A stretch of 64,000 bases of DNA from Diadema antillarum (taxonomy: Eukaryota). Shown here piece by piece: positions 53,776 to 64,000 of the stretch. Location: positions 558,001 through 622,000 of the forward strand of contig NW_027271532.1 of assembly GCF_040938485.1 (NCBI RefSeq), written 5' to 3'. Made by a program: the position numbers and the translations under genes. The notes under the pieces were generated by a model that made no database searches, was not told the origin of the DNA, and was given only the letters and a program-made list of their open reading frames with translations. Within the stretch, counting starts at the first letter, position 1. Every line of letters starts with the position of its first letter.

Positions 53776-54689
53776 TATGTATATCATACAATATGTATGT
53801 CATGTAACAGGTGACATTGTGTATTAATGGGGGGGGGGGGGAGGTATTGGAGGATTCACAGAGATAAAAATGTCCAAGCTGATTTGACTGTCTGACTACA
53901 GACTCTACACATGGCACTCAGTGCAAAGTGTTTCCTGCAGATGATGAAGAAGACATGAAGGGGATAACTTTCTCGTTCTCGAATCATTAGTTTGCTACAA
54001 TTTATTGGGATCATAATGGCTGTCCTGAGAAAAACAACCCCTGAAACAGGTCAGTCAGAAGGAGCAAAACATCTCACTCTGGGCATTCCGCCAAGCCAGT
54101 TAATAAGGTCTTCTTGATCCTTTGATATTAGGGAAGGGGCATGAGTATCAAAACTCCTATTTTTATCCCCAAATTGAGTGACTAACGATCTTCTTCCTGC
54201 TACCTAGCCCCTGCAACATTTTTTTTTTCTCCTTTGCTCTCATCGTCCGTCTTTGCTGCAGACTTGTTTTTTTTCTGCTGCTTTTTTTTTTCTCCATGGA
54301 AGCCGGGTTTTTGCGGCTGTCGAACGAGAAATGTCAGAAGTTATACCGCACCATTACGCCAGCGTCTATTTCGAAAGTCTTAGGTCATGACGCGACTGTC
54401 GTTTTGAGACAAAGGAGCTCGGAAAAAAAAAAGTCTCGTTGGATCTAGGTACGACTTATTTGTCTGAACATATTCTAAGAGAAGTAATGAGGTGTATCTT
54501 TATAATTTTTTTTTCTTCAAAAAATGGAGTCCCTTTTAAGGTAATGAAGCTACAGCTGCAGTACCCACTGAACAGTGCCGAAAATTCATACTACGCCTGC
54601 AGTTGTTCTCCAAACATTGCTCCATTCAGCGTGAACATGCTCAGTAGATTCCCAGTAGAAGCAAATCAAGAGGAAATTATATAGGGACA

Positions 54690-54875
54690 TACATCGTCGG
54701 CCTTATGCCAAAAGGGCCTTAAAGATCTTCACCTGCTATGCCAAAAGGGCACTAATAGTGTACAAAGTCTATAGCGTTACGGGCCTTTTGGCATAACAGC
54801 AGAAGTGGATTAAGGCCCTTTTGGCATAACAGCAGAAGTGGTTTACGGCCCTTTTGGCATAAGACCGACGATATA
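54690..54875. mobile_element. Foldback-type miniature element with internal tandem motifs
   Basis: TACATCGTCGGCCTTATGCCAAAAGGGCC versus right end GGCCCTTTTGGCATAAGACCGACGATATA; ATGCCAAAAGGGC x2 on the left and inverted x3 on the right. Confidence 0.8.
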
Positions 54876-55649
54876 CGCATTCAACATTGCGAATGTTAGG
54901 ATGGCACTGTCTGGTGCACAGGTACCAGCACATGCCACACACATCCGAACTTTCGAGCGAATACGCTGGTAAACATTATTAGGTAATACATCAGCTTAGC
55001 CGCAGCAACAGATTAAATGAATGTCGTAAGGACAAATTGTAAAACAAAAAGAACGACATTTTCACCGATGAACTAACACTAATATAGGCTTGTTTATGCA
55101 ATGCACATATATAGACATACACATATTTACCGTGTAATCTTATTTGCATATAGTTTGTGGGGTGGGGAGTGACACATTATGCGTCTGAGAAAGAATGAAG
55201 ACAATCAGTGTGAGAGGTTATTTGGGAATGGGTCAGCACCACCGTGACAGCAATCATCACAACTGTTTTTGACACTAGATTTTTAATCATACCAGCATCA
55301 TCTTATGAAGTCAAAGTGAAAAGAAAGGAGGAAGGAGGGAAGGGGACCAGAGACCAAAGTTGCATCAATCTTTTACTTCTAACCTCCTGTGTTTCATCAT
55401 TGGTCCAAGAAACTTGGAACAAAGCATTACACAGGTTCCCTATGTGTTAGGAAATGTCACCCGCATCTCCCGACTGACAATTGGACATAATTTGGCTTTC
55501 CTGTATGGACACTTTTTCGGGGACAGAGTACGGACGAGTTGGGCCCAATTAGCGTACTTCAGCCACTGTCCACAGATGATGCAGGGGCTAGAAAATGAGA
55601 GAGAGAGGAGAAAAAAAAAGGGAAAATGCAAAGAGAAGCAAAGCTAATC

Positions 55650-56700
55650 TGATGAGCTGAAACAGGCATAATGATGGGGGCGACACACAGCGTAGAGAGG
55701 GTAATTAACGTCATTTGGTACGAGTCTGGGATTTCGAGCGGGGAGCTGTCACCTACTACGCCACGCGACACTCATCAGGCGATTAGAACAAGAGGGAGAG
55801 AGAAAAAAAGAGAAAGAAAAAAATGGCGCTATGCCAAATCTGACTGCAGTGTGGCTCCTTTGTTTTCTTACTTCTTTTTATTTTAACTCATACCTCCTTT
55901 TCTCCTCATTTTTTTTTTTCGGTTTCGTGAAAGACAAAACTGCATAGAATACATTAACTTTCTGATATGTCGTACAATTGTTGCCCTTGTGGCTTCTTGT
56001 AAACTCTTTTCTTTTTCCCCCGTCGGCTCGTTTTCGACAGGCATAAGAGTGCTAATGTGACTCACGGGTGCATGTTACCCAATAACAGGAAATCGAGGGG
56101 ATAGGCCAATTTCTGCCCCCGCCGCAGCCGAGCGCTGAATGCATGTGAGAGATAACGTGAAGTCTTCTGAAACTGCTGCCGTCTGCCGGGATGGCGGTGT
56201 CTCAGCATCGTATGTGCGTGCAATGTGCCGTTTCATTCTTTGCCGTAGAACTTCCCCGCAGGGTCGCAAACAACACACCAACAATGTAAGAAAAAAAAAG
56301 GAACAAAAGAAGAAGATCGCATCGTGCCAGGTAGGGATCGCACAGTTCTCCACAAGGCACACAAAACAAAAAGCGTTTTTTTCCCCCCATCTCCCTTGCT
56401 CCCTTTCCACACCCCCTCCCCCCAACCTCCAAACCAGCTCCGGTGGAAAAAACAAATTTCCAGCGAGGCACTCGCGCGGCTATTTTTGGGCCGCCAAAAT
56501 CAGACGCTGCATCCTGGACGGCAGCGTATTTTTACTCCGTCCCCTCAACTGACCCACCTGCGCCGAGTTATCAGCGAAACGAAATGCAGCCTTTCGCGCC
56601 TATTTACGGTGATCTCAAGGGGTCGCAAAAAGCGGTAGTCTGAAATTACTCTCGGAGCATTGGACGCCAGTGGGTAGCAGCCACTGGAAAACGAGGACTT
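55650..56700. promoter_or_regulatory. CpG-enriched segment, possible internal promoter or enhancer
   Basis: Visibly higher GC and CpG density than the flanks; MEF2/CArG-like GCTATTTTTGG; donor-like sites on both strands. Confidence 0.35.
56066..56134 (-). other. Candidate 69-nt exon ending ...AACATGCACCC
   Basis: CACATGCATTCAG| ... CCC|GTGAGT; two frames open. Confidence 0.3.
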
Positions 56701-56702
56701 AC

Positions 56703-56753
56703 TGTCACCTCTGTTGTGTACGTATTTCAACAAGTAACCCTTTCAATGCATGA
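56703..56753 (-). other. Candidate 51-nt exon with stops in all frames
   Basis: GCTGATTTCTTCATAG| ... ACA|GTAAGT. Confidence 0.4.
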
Positions 56754-57128
56754 CTATGAAGAAATCAGCACATAAAATCCAAATTACTAAAGTTACGAAA
56801 CATTTTCTCTCAACCCCCCCCCCCCGGCAAATCCCGCCATCAGCATTTCGAACTGTGCTTGACCCTCAATCCCACACATCTTTAATACTGTAGTGGGGTA
56901 GCTGCTGATGAAGTGACCCTCATCTCGTACAAGAGGGGAAAATTGAAAGTTGATGAATGTGTAATTCACAACTTCTGCAGGAAGGCTGCCCAGGTTATGT
57001 TCTGCACTGTCAGATCTGTTGATACCGTGCCAAACCCCTGCCATATCCCCGAAGCCCCCTAAGTGTCGCTTCCTCTCGGGAGCCGAGATGGTTCCTCTCT
57101 CTCTAACCTTAAAGGAGCACTGTGCCGA

Positions 57129-57161
<33 letters not shown>

Positions 57162-57660
57162 GCGCTCACTAGCAACAGCTAATATCTCCCTCCTTGAGAA
57201 CTTGCCCCTCCGTTGGTTGTCTCGCAACGATCGGTCGGTTGGACGAGCTCCCTCGAAAAGACCTACTCTTCAATTAGCTGTGCAGTGCAGAAGAAGCTGG
57301 TTCAGTGATATTCACAACTCACAGACTTTCCTGAATAAATTTCAAAGATCTTAAGTTCACACTATTGCTCCTTCTGACAACCTATCAATACATGGCATCC
57401 AGTTTGCATGTGTGGGTTGTTGTTATTTCAGGCAATCCTGTGTACATAAAGCTTTGTTTCAGGTGATCAGTAACTATTTTTGTTCATGGAGGTGTTCATT
57501 CATAGAATTTAGATGCTATAAGAGTGGCAAAGGGAGGGAAGGGTGACATAGAAACTAACTTTGAAATGCTCCTCTTACTTTAATCTGGATGTGTTCCTCT
57601 ATGATATATACCTGTATGTGCCCTAGTCTTGTCTCATTGTTCTACTCCTTTCATTACACT

Positions 57661-57720
57661 CCCTTCAGAACCTGGAACTCCCCTTCAGAACCTGGAACTC
57701 ACCTTCAGGACCTGGAACCA
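57661..57720. repeat. 20-bp tandem repeat x3
   Basis: CCCTTCAGAACCTGGAACTC x2 plus ACCTTCAGGACCTGGAACCA. Confidence 0.95.
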
Positions 57721-57847
57721 TCTCACAGGAAACTACTTTACAATGACAAGTGACACTCTGGTTTAGAATGGAGTCTTTGTTGAAAGAGTGACAGACAGAT
57801 ACACGTAACTTGAATGAAGGCACTTCAGGTCCAAATAGCAAAACCTT
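57703..57847 (-). other. Candidate 145-nt exon (phase 0 open KVLLFGPEVPSF...MVPGPE; phase 1 EGFAIWT*)
   Basis: GGATCTTCTTTCAG| ... GAAG|GTGAGT, a consensus donor. Confidence 0.45.
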
Positions 57848-59300
57848 CTGAAAGAAGATCCACGCAAATGCAAGCACATACAGTGACTATTGTTACCCTA
57901 TGAAATGGCTGTGTATCAATTATGTTAGGCACTTCATAACTGATGAAGTCGATGGCAAACTTATCAACAAAAAAAGAAAGAGAACAAAAGGAAAATTAAG
58001 AGGAAAGCCAGTTAAAATCATTTAGGTAAAGTAAAGTACATTGTAGGACTGTGTGAAAGGTTTACAGATATGTTTACATTCATATTACGACCTTTATAGA
58101 TGACCCTAACATGAAGGATAATCCCCCAAAAATAGAGTCACACCTTTCAAAAATAAATTAAATTTTATTACTCACTGATCTGCTGCATTAGAAATCACTG
58201 CCTTCATGATACACAATAAGAAATATTTAATTCTTTCTGCAGCACAAAATCTCCTTTAACATGGTTTACGTAGAACAGTAAAAAAAAAAAGAAGAAAAAA
58301 GAAAGGAGGGATTCATAGGGATATAATCTCCAACTTAGAGAGGCATCGTGATTCCTTCATCATCCAGATCACCAAAATAATTGCATCAGCACGGAAGAGT
58401 GAAAATCTCACTCTTGCTGCAAAGTTCTAAAATTAAGTGCGTACTCATTTAACTTTAGGTTGAGGAAATGAGAGCATTAAAAGAGAAATAAAAAATATCG
58501 GGGGGGGGGGGGGGGGGGGAGGGGAGTGTTGAAAAGGAAGCAGTCTACTTCCTGGCACTCAGTGTTGGGTTGATTTATTTTGGTTTCTGCTGTGCTTTCC
58601 TAACCAATTTATCTGGGACATTGATGACTTTATTCAAAGGTATCTCGGTAATAATAGTACCATTCTCATCGCGTTGAAAATAACATGCTATTTCAGGTCA
58701 CGATCATAATCGCAACCCACATTTCAAAACTTTTTTTTTAGAGTGACACCAAATAAAACGTCATTTTGCACGATTCAAGTCACATACTACGTTGCAATAA
58801 TTTGTGCAATTTCCTGCAAAAGGATGCTCAGTTGTACAGCGTGAGCGGTGTCGGCAAAAAAAATCCGAAATTTGTTATCCCACAATGCACAGTGCGTGTT
58901 GCTACTTGCTATTTCACCAGCTGTGGTGGCCCGTGGCATATCGAGACGTAGAAAGCTCCCCTTTATTCATGTATACTTGCAGGGCAGCTCTTTGCAAACG
59001 ATCGCAACCAAAGTTTCACAATCTTTTTAACAGTGCGAATGATGAATCAAAGAGATGCGACCCTGATCTCAACCCCAATCGAAATTTTTACAAGGAGAAC
59101 ATACCTATTTTGCATGGGGGGGGGGGTGGGGGGTTGTGGGATTTTGTTTTGTATAGTTCTAGATTGTATCACCCCACTCCTTGCTCACAACGCGTGACTT
59201 GATTGATTCTATCGTGTTTCAAACATAGTAATGATGATCAACGCAGCCGAAAAAGCTCAGGTAGATCCAACATACCTGGATATGGTGTGACCAAACCTAC

Positions 59301-59428
59301 CTCTTCTGGCAGAGGGGATCCTACTACAACCCTTTGAGAAGCAATGGGGCAAGAGGAGTTCATCTGGTCTCAAGGGAGTGTAACCAGTAAGGCCTATCTC
59401 CCCTGCCTTCTGGCATTGAAAGACTTAA
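59301..59428 (-). other. Candidate exon with two donors (59301, 59276); phase 1 gives (V)KSFNARRQGR*
   Basis: TCTTTCCTTCCTGCACCAG|; donors GAG|GTAGGT and CAG|GTATGT; stops in all frames. Confidence 0.4.
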
Positions 59429-60505
59429 CTGGTGCAGGAAGGAAAGACTGCATAGACAAACTGGGTCTTTATCTGACTCACAGTTCCTTTCTTTTTCGGG
59501 GGGGGGGGGGGGGGGAGGTGACGGGGATGAGGGATGGGGGAGGGGAGGGGGCAACTACTCTTCTTTTACACGGAGATACTTAACGGAAATGTGGCTGTGG
59601 TAAAACGAAACAGGAAAAATCATTGGCTTTCAAAACTTTCACAATTCATAACTTTTGAAAGGATTGTCAGATTTTCCCCAAATTTTGCTGCTGTGTTCTA
59701 CTTAAATATTGCTGCATTCTCTCAATTTACACATAGATATGTGACTTTCATTCTCCCTCAACGATAATCTTGGTGGCTAGATTGAACAGTTACATGAAAA
59801 GAAAGAGGTTCCAAAAATTCGTGCAGCCATTTATGGATTCACGCTTCGTGCGAGCACCAAGCAATGGAAAGTGCATTTACCAGCACACTTGTACTTTTCC
59901 TTCAACAGAATTTGCGGCCTGCAGACCTTAGTTATGACTTCGTTGATCTCACCTCTGAGCAGCTGCGTGTGCAGATTCTGTGCAATGGTCACACGTAACC
60001 ATGACACCCAAAAGACATATACCATGTACATACACATCCTTGACACTCCCGGCAACAAAAGACTTTTACTCCATCCACAGCGCGTTTGTACAGGTAGGCA
60101 GAATATACTTGAATTGCTTCATAAAGGTATCACGTCTCATGTAACCCTCCGATATGGTATCAAACATAAAAAGAAATAGGGCCTAAACTGAAACAAAAAC
60201 AATATGAAGTCTTTCATGCATGCTTTATATTGTAGGACTGTAGGAGGCAGTTCTTTGCAAATACCAGCAAGAATGTTCTTGGTTTAATAAGCTTGCCCGG
60301 AGGGCGGGATGGGGGTGGTGGGGGGGGGGGGGGGTGGTGGTGGGATGGGGGGGGGGGGGGGTAGAAGGGTGGGAGCAAGAATTAATGATTGCAGAATGCT
60401 GGTCAAAGTTATTGGGTCAACACGTGTAACAGACCAGGGTGAAAAAGCTATGCACAGATCTCCACACAGAGACAACGCTTTTTTCTTCTTCTGTGTCTAG
60501 ACTAC

Positions 60506-60509
<4 letters not shown>

Positions 60510-60582
<73 letters not shown>
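60510..60582. repeat. Poly-A followed by (AT)n
   Basis: Direct. Confidence 0.95.
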
Positions 60583-60585
<3 letters not shown>

Positions 60586-60784
60586 TGGCACGAAATTTTT
60601 GTGAATTGGAGCTGACGGCCTTCTCTTGTGGCAGGAAATTTTTCACAAAATTGCCACTGGCAATCGCAATGCATTTAGTGTAGACAAGAACTTCCACATG
60701 TATTTTGATTTCATGAATCTTGGCCCAGATTGAAATTAATATCTCAATTCTGTCTTGTTCACCCCTCCCCCACCACCACCACCA

Positions 60785-60943
60785 CCATATCCACCTCAGT
60801 GGTGGTCTCCAAATTACTGTCAACACTGTTATACACCACATCTCCCAACTTCCTCCACTTAATGGACTGCTCTGAGGTTTGAACCCACAGCCTTTCAATT
60901 ATCCCACAGTGAAGTGCTCAACCACATGACCACAGAGACCTCC
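60785..60943 (-). mobile_element. Degenerate tRNA-derived SINE
   Basis: Minus strand GGAGGTCTCTGTGGTCATGTGGTT (A-box-like) ... GGGTTCAAACCTC (B-box-like). Confidence 0.5.
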
Positions 60944-61321
60944 AGATCCAACCAGCCCTCTCAGTCAAAAGAGTCACTTTCATGGTAGAGGCAGGGGAAT
61001 GCAAAGAGGGTGGGGAGTGTGATTAGCAGTCTCTTTTCCAGCCACTATTTCAGTGTGTTTTACTACTAATACACCCTAAATTTGCTCCAAGCCCAGCAGA
61101 GGACAACTATAATGATGAAAGAAGATCACAACAGATCTGGATCATGATAATGATATTGAAGATAAAAATGATCATTATGAAAATAGCAATAAAAGTCATG
61201 GCACTGTTCATGACTCTTATCATCATGATCCTAACTTTACTGGGATACAAAGGTTCAGCACTTTGATGCAAGGAAAGAAGATCCTAAAGTTGGGGGTACA
61301 TCCTTTTCCTGGTCACCACAA

Positions 61322-61366
61322 AGGTCAAAGGGTCAACAGGCAATGTTGATGCAAGGTCAAAGGTCA
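61322..61366 (+). promoter_or_regulatory. Nuclear-receptor half-site cluster (DR2-like and perfect DR1)
   Basis: AGGTCAaaGGGTCA at 61322-61335 and AGGTCAaAGGTCA at 61354-61366. Confidence 0.45.
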
Positions 61367-61761
61367 TATCCACGCAGCGCTTTTGCAGCCAGTGGTCAAG
61401 CTCCTTTCAACTTTCGGAAGTCCATCATTTCAATTTACTTAGTACTGTCAGCCCCAAGGAGTTAATGCTGTAAACACTACTTGATGACTTGCCCCTGGCA
61501 ACCACAACATGCCCAGGGGCAAGTGAAATCCTGCAGCACTTGCCTACTCTGAGCATGAGACAGTTACCCACTCGCTGGGTAATGAAAACTTTGCCTTTTT
61601 CATACACAACCGTCTCACTGTCTCTCTCTCTTCATTTCAAAAACACATCTCAGGTTCTGTTACGGAGATTTTACGATGCCAGATAAGTTTGAATAACCCT
61701 ATACCCCAGGGTCGTACAGACCCTTCCCTCTTTAAACTAAGGCGTAGCTACGAGCACTCAC

Positions 61762-61788
61762 CATTTCCGTAGGCACAACGAAGAATAC
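61762..61788 (-). other. 27-nt microexon candidate GTATTCTTCGTTGTGCCTACGGAAATG
   Basis: CACTAAT branch-like motif, tract TTCTCCGTTCTCCTTTTCATCTTTTCTGCAG, donor ATG|GTGAGT; all three frames open. Confidence 0.55.
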
Positions 61789-61957
61789 CTGCAGAAAAGA
61801 TGAAAAGGAGAACGGAGAAACTGGATTAGTGTTTGGCCCGAACACAAGAATACGGTAATAATGACATGAAATTGAATCCATGGAACTATGAAAATGACTG
61901 AAACAAAAACGAAACAACAACAAGATCATTAAAAGGAAACAAAGAATTCTAAGCTAC

Positions 61958-62157
61958 CTGCAGGTGTGTATGGTAATTGCCCTCATAAACATATATTTCC
62001 TTAGCATCCAACTGAGGCATAAATCCTTTGAAGTTGTCTCCTTGTTTATTAGAAAGCTATCGGGTATCCACTCCTTACAATAAAATTCCGACTTGGTAGT
62101 TGGGACTACCATCATCTGAACTTCACGAAGGCCAATTATGGGCAAGTTCTGCCAGAC
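61958..62157 (-). other. Candidate 200-nt exon (phase 0 open VWQNLPIIG...IHTC; phase 1 GLAELAHNWPS*)
   Basis: CTTTTCTGAGCTGACAG| ... CAG|GTAGCT, followed by a convincing 169-nt U-rich intron to the 27-nt exon. Confidence 0.4.
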
Positions 62158-64000
62158 CTGTCAGCTCAGAAAAGTCCACCATGAAAAAGCATGGTTCCGA
62201 ATTTGTTTTATTTTGTTTTGTTTTGTTTTGTCTCTTTTTTTTTTGGGGGGGGGGGGTCGAACAATGAAATAATTTTGGCAAGCTCTACAGGAAGCTGAAG
62301 ACAAACTTGGTCCTAGAACTGATTGTTTCTAAAGAGTTAAGACAGTTAAGATTTAGTTAGGTAACGTCAACCTTCAGTGATGCCTCCGATCTGAGCACGA
62401 ATAATAACAAGCTACTGCTATGCGATTACAAAAGAAGTGGGACAGTACAGTCGCGGCTTGGAGGCACAAGTCTGATGTAACGCTTTCACACGAAAGGTGT
62501 GAGGAAATTTGCGCAGCACTGAAGTCTGTGTTGGTGAGATTTAGAGTAGACATGAAAGTACCGCATGATATCTTGTTGAACGGAACCTATTATGCAAAAT
62601 ATGTTGGATTGAGAAAAAAAAAATAAAACACTGAGAGACTCAACAAACTCAAAACAAGGCTTGGACTCCAAATACAACAGAGCATGCTGGGACCTTGACC
62701 TCGGCATATATTAAGGCTCTTAGAATTACTCTTGCTGCTTTCCTATTCACAATTCTCCACAAAAAGAGATATATAAACCATCATCAAATGTCTTGATGAT
62801 TTGAGATTCAAGATGAATACCACTGCTGTGAAAAATTCTCAATGACATGCAATACGGAGATCCCTGTGGGAATTGTCTGGATTTTATATTCTAAGATTTT
62901 GATCACTTTCTTCACTGCGTTACTCACCAGGAAAGGAAACGCATTCTTTTTTCCCCCCTCCTTTCTTTATTATTAAAAGCAGATAACTCCCAAAACCCTA
63001 GATCATTTAGTAAGCTTGGGAGGGTTCAATTCATAAATGCACATCTCACATGATATATATATAGGTCTAGGGTGTGTGAAGGACCTCGATACATTCTAAA
63101 CCAAGTTGATTCCGTGCCAAGTTTCTATTGGCTTTACACACATCAAGTGCTATTATATTCAAATCTTCATAGCTGCATCAAGTTGGCCACTTGTTAGTCT
63201 TCAGCGACAGACCTTATCTTGCAAGGATAACCTCATCATCATTCAATCTCTTCAGGCCAAGGTGAATGCTATACTGAAAAAATTGCGGAGAATCACGGAA
63301 TGCTGGAAATTTGGTGCATATCTAGAAGACTTGATACCTTTATGATTCAATTGTTCATATTCTAGCACTGGCATCGATTCTTATAAACTATGTTGGGATG
63401 AAATATACACCCAATAAACAATCTGATATCCAAGACAATATCATTATAACTCACTCTCCTTGCTCATATTCAAAAATAGAATCCCCTCTCAGGTGTCGGT
63501 AACTGATAGCATGGGCAGAGTAAGACATATAAATGCTGCTTCATGTGCAATATTAGAGTCTGACATGCCAAGACTAGCAGCCAGGCACACAAGCTCATCT
63601 GTTTTATTTGTTGTTTTCTTTTTTTTTTACTGATTGTCCCTGTCCATTACCTTTCACCCAGACTTCATTTGATGGGCATGCTTCATAATCAATTGATCTG
63701 TCTTAGGCAAATGGCTGCCCATTTAACGAGGTGAGTGGCTGAATGGCTAATTGATATGCTAGACACGACCTCTATACGCCCTTCCATTGTCTCGCACTAT
63801 CATTTTGAAAAAAAAAAACCAACAACAAATAATTTAGTGATTTGTTTCTTTTTGTAATTTTTAGAGTATTAAGTAACTCCATTACATTATCAACATATTG
63901 TTTCTCGTATGCTCTGTCATTTTTCATTATTAATGCATTATTGCACACTGAAATCAGTAGGCCTACATTCTACAAGGTTCTGCCTTTTAGTAGGTTCCCC

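Noticed and set aside
57661-57720. Direct repeats considered as a CRISPR array
   Set aside because: No spacers, head-to-tail units, eukaryotic context
59395-59428. KSFNARRQ resembling CaMKII KKFNARRK
   Set aside because: Followed immediately by a stop, and no kinase exons are present
59871-60179. ORF containing HILDTPG, like a GTPase G3 box
   Set aside because: No P-loop or G4 motif anywhere nearby; a single short motif is expected by chance
1-64000. Assigning a gene symbol (for example quaking/how, mbnl or rbfox) to the minus-strand gene
   Set aside because: Only vague tail resemblance; no KH, RRM, zinc-finger or other domain exon lies in the window

Overview
AT-rich eukaryotic (animal) genomic DNA with five N-gaps next to microsatellites, about 40 poly-G/C runs, TTAA-flanked MITEs and tRNA-derived SINEs. 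The repeat families look echinoderm/sea-urchin-like (inference from memory, not a database result). I could not recognise any protein domain or gene, and nearly all listed ORFs look spurious. The best-supported reading is the 3' part of one large minus-strand gene: A-runs and G-runs dominate the + strand (U/C-rich sense strand), many minus-strand segments have good splice signals on both sides (including 3-31 nt microexon candidates), several acceptor-plus-short-ORF-plus-stop cassettes share phase 1, and 9.6-20.1 kb resembles a very long 3' UTR. The most interesting hypothesis is an array of alternative C-terminal exons combined with microexons and possible recursive splice sites. All exon calls were made by eye from splice consensus and phase. 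Strong-looking sites also occur on the + strand, so RNA-seq is needed. No rRNA, true tRNA, CRISPR array or intact transposase was seen.
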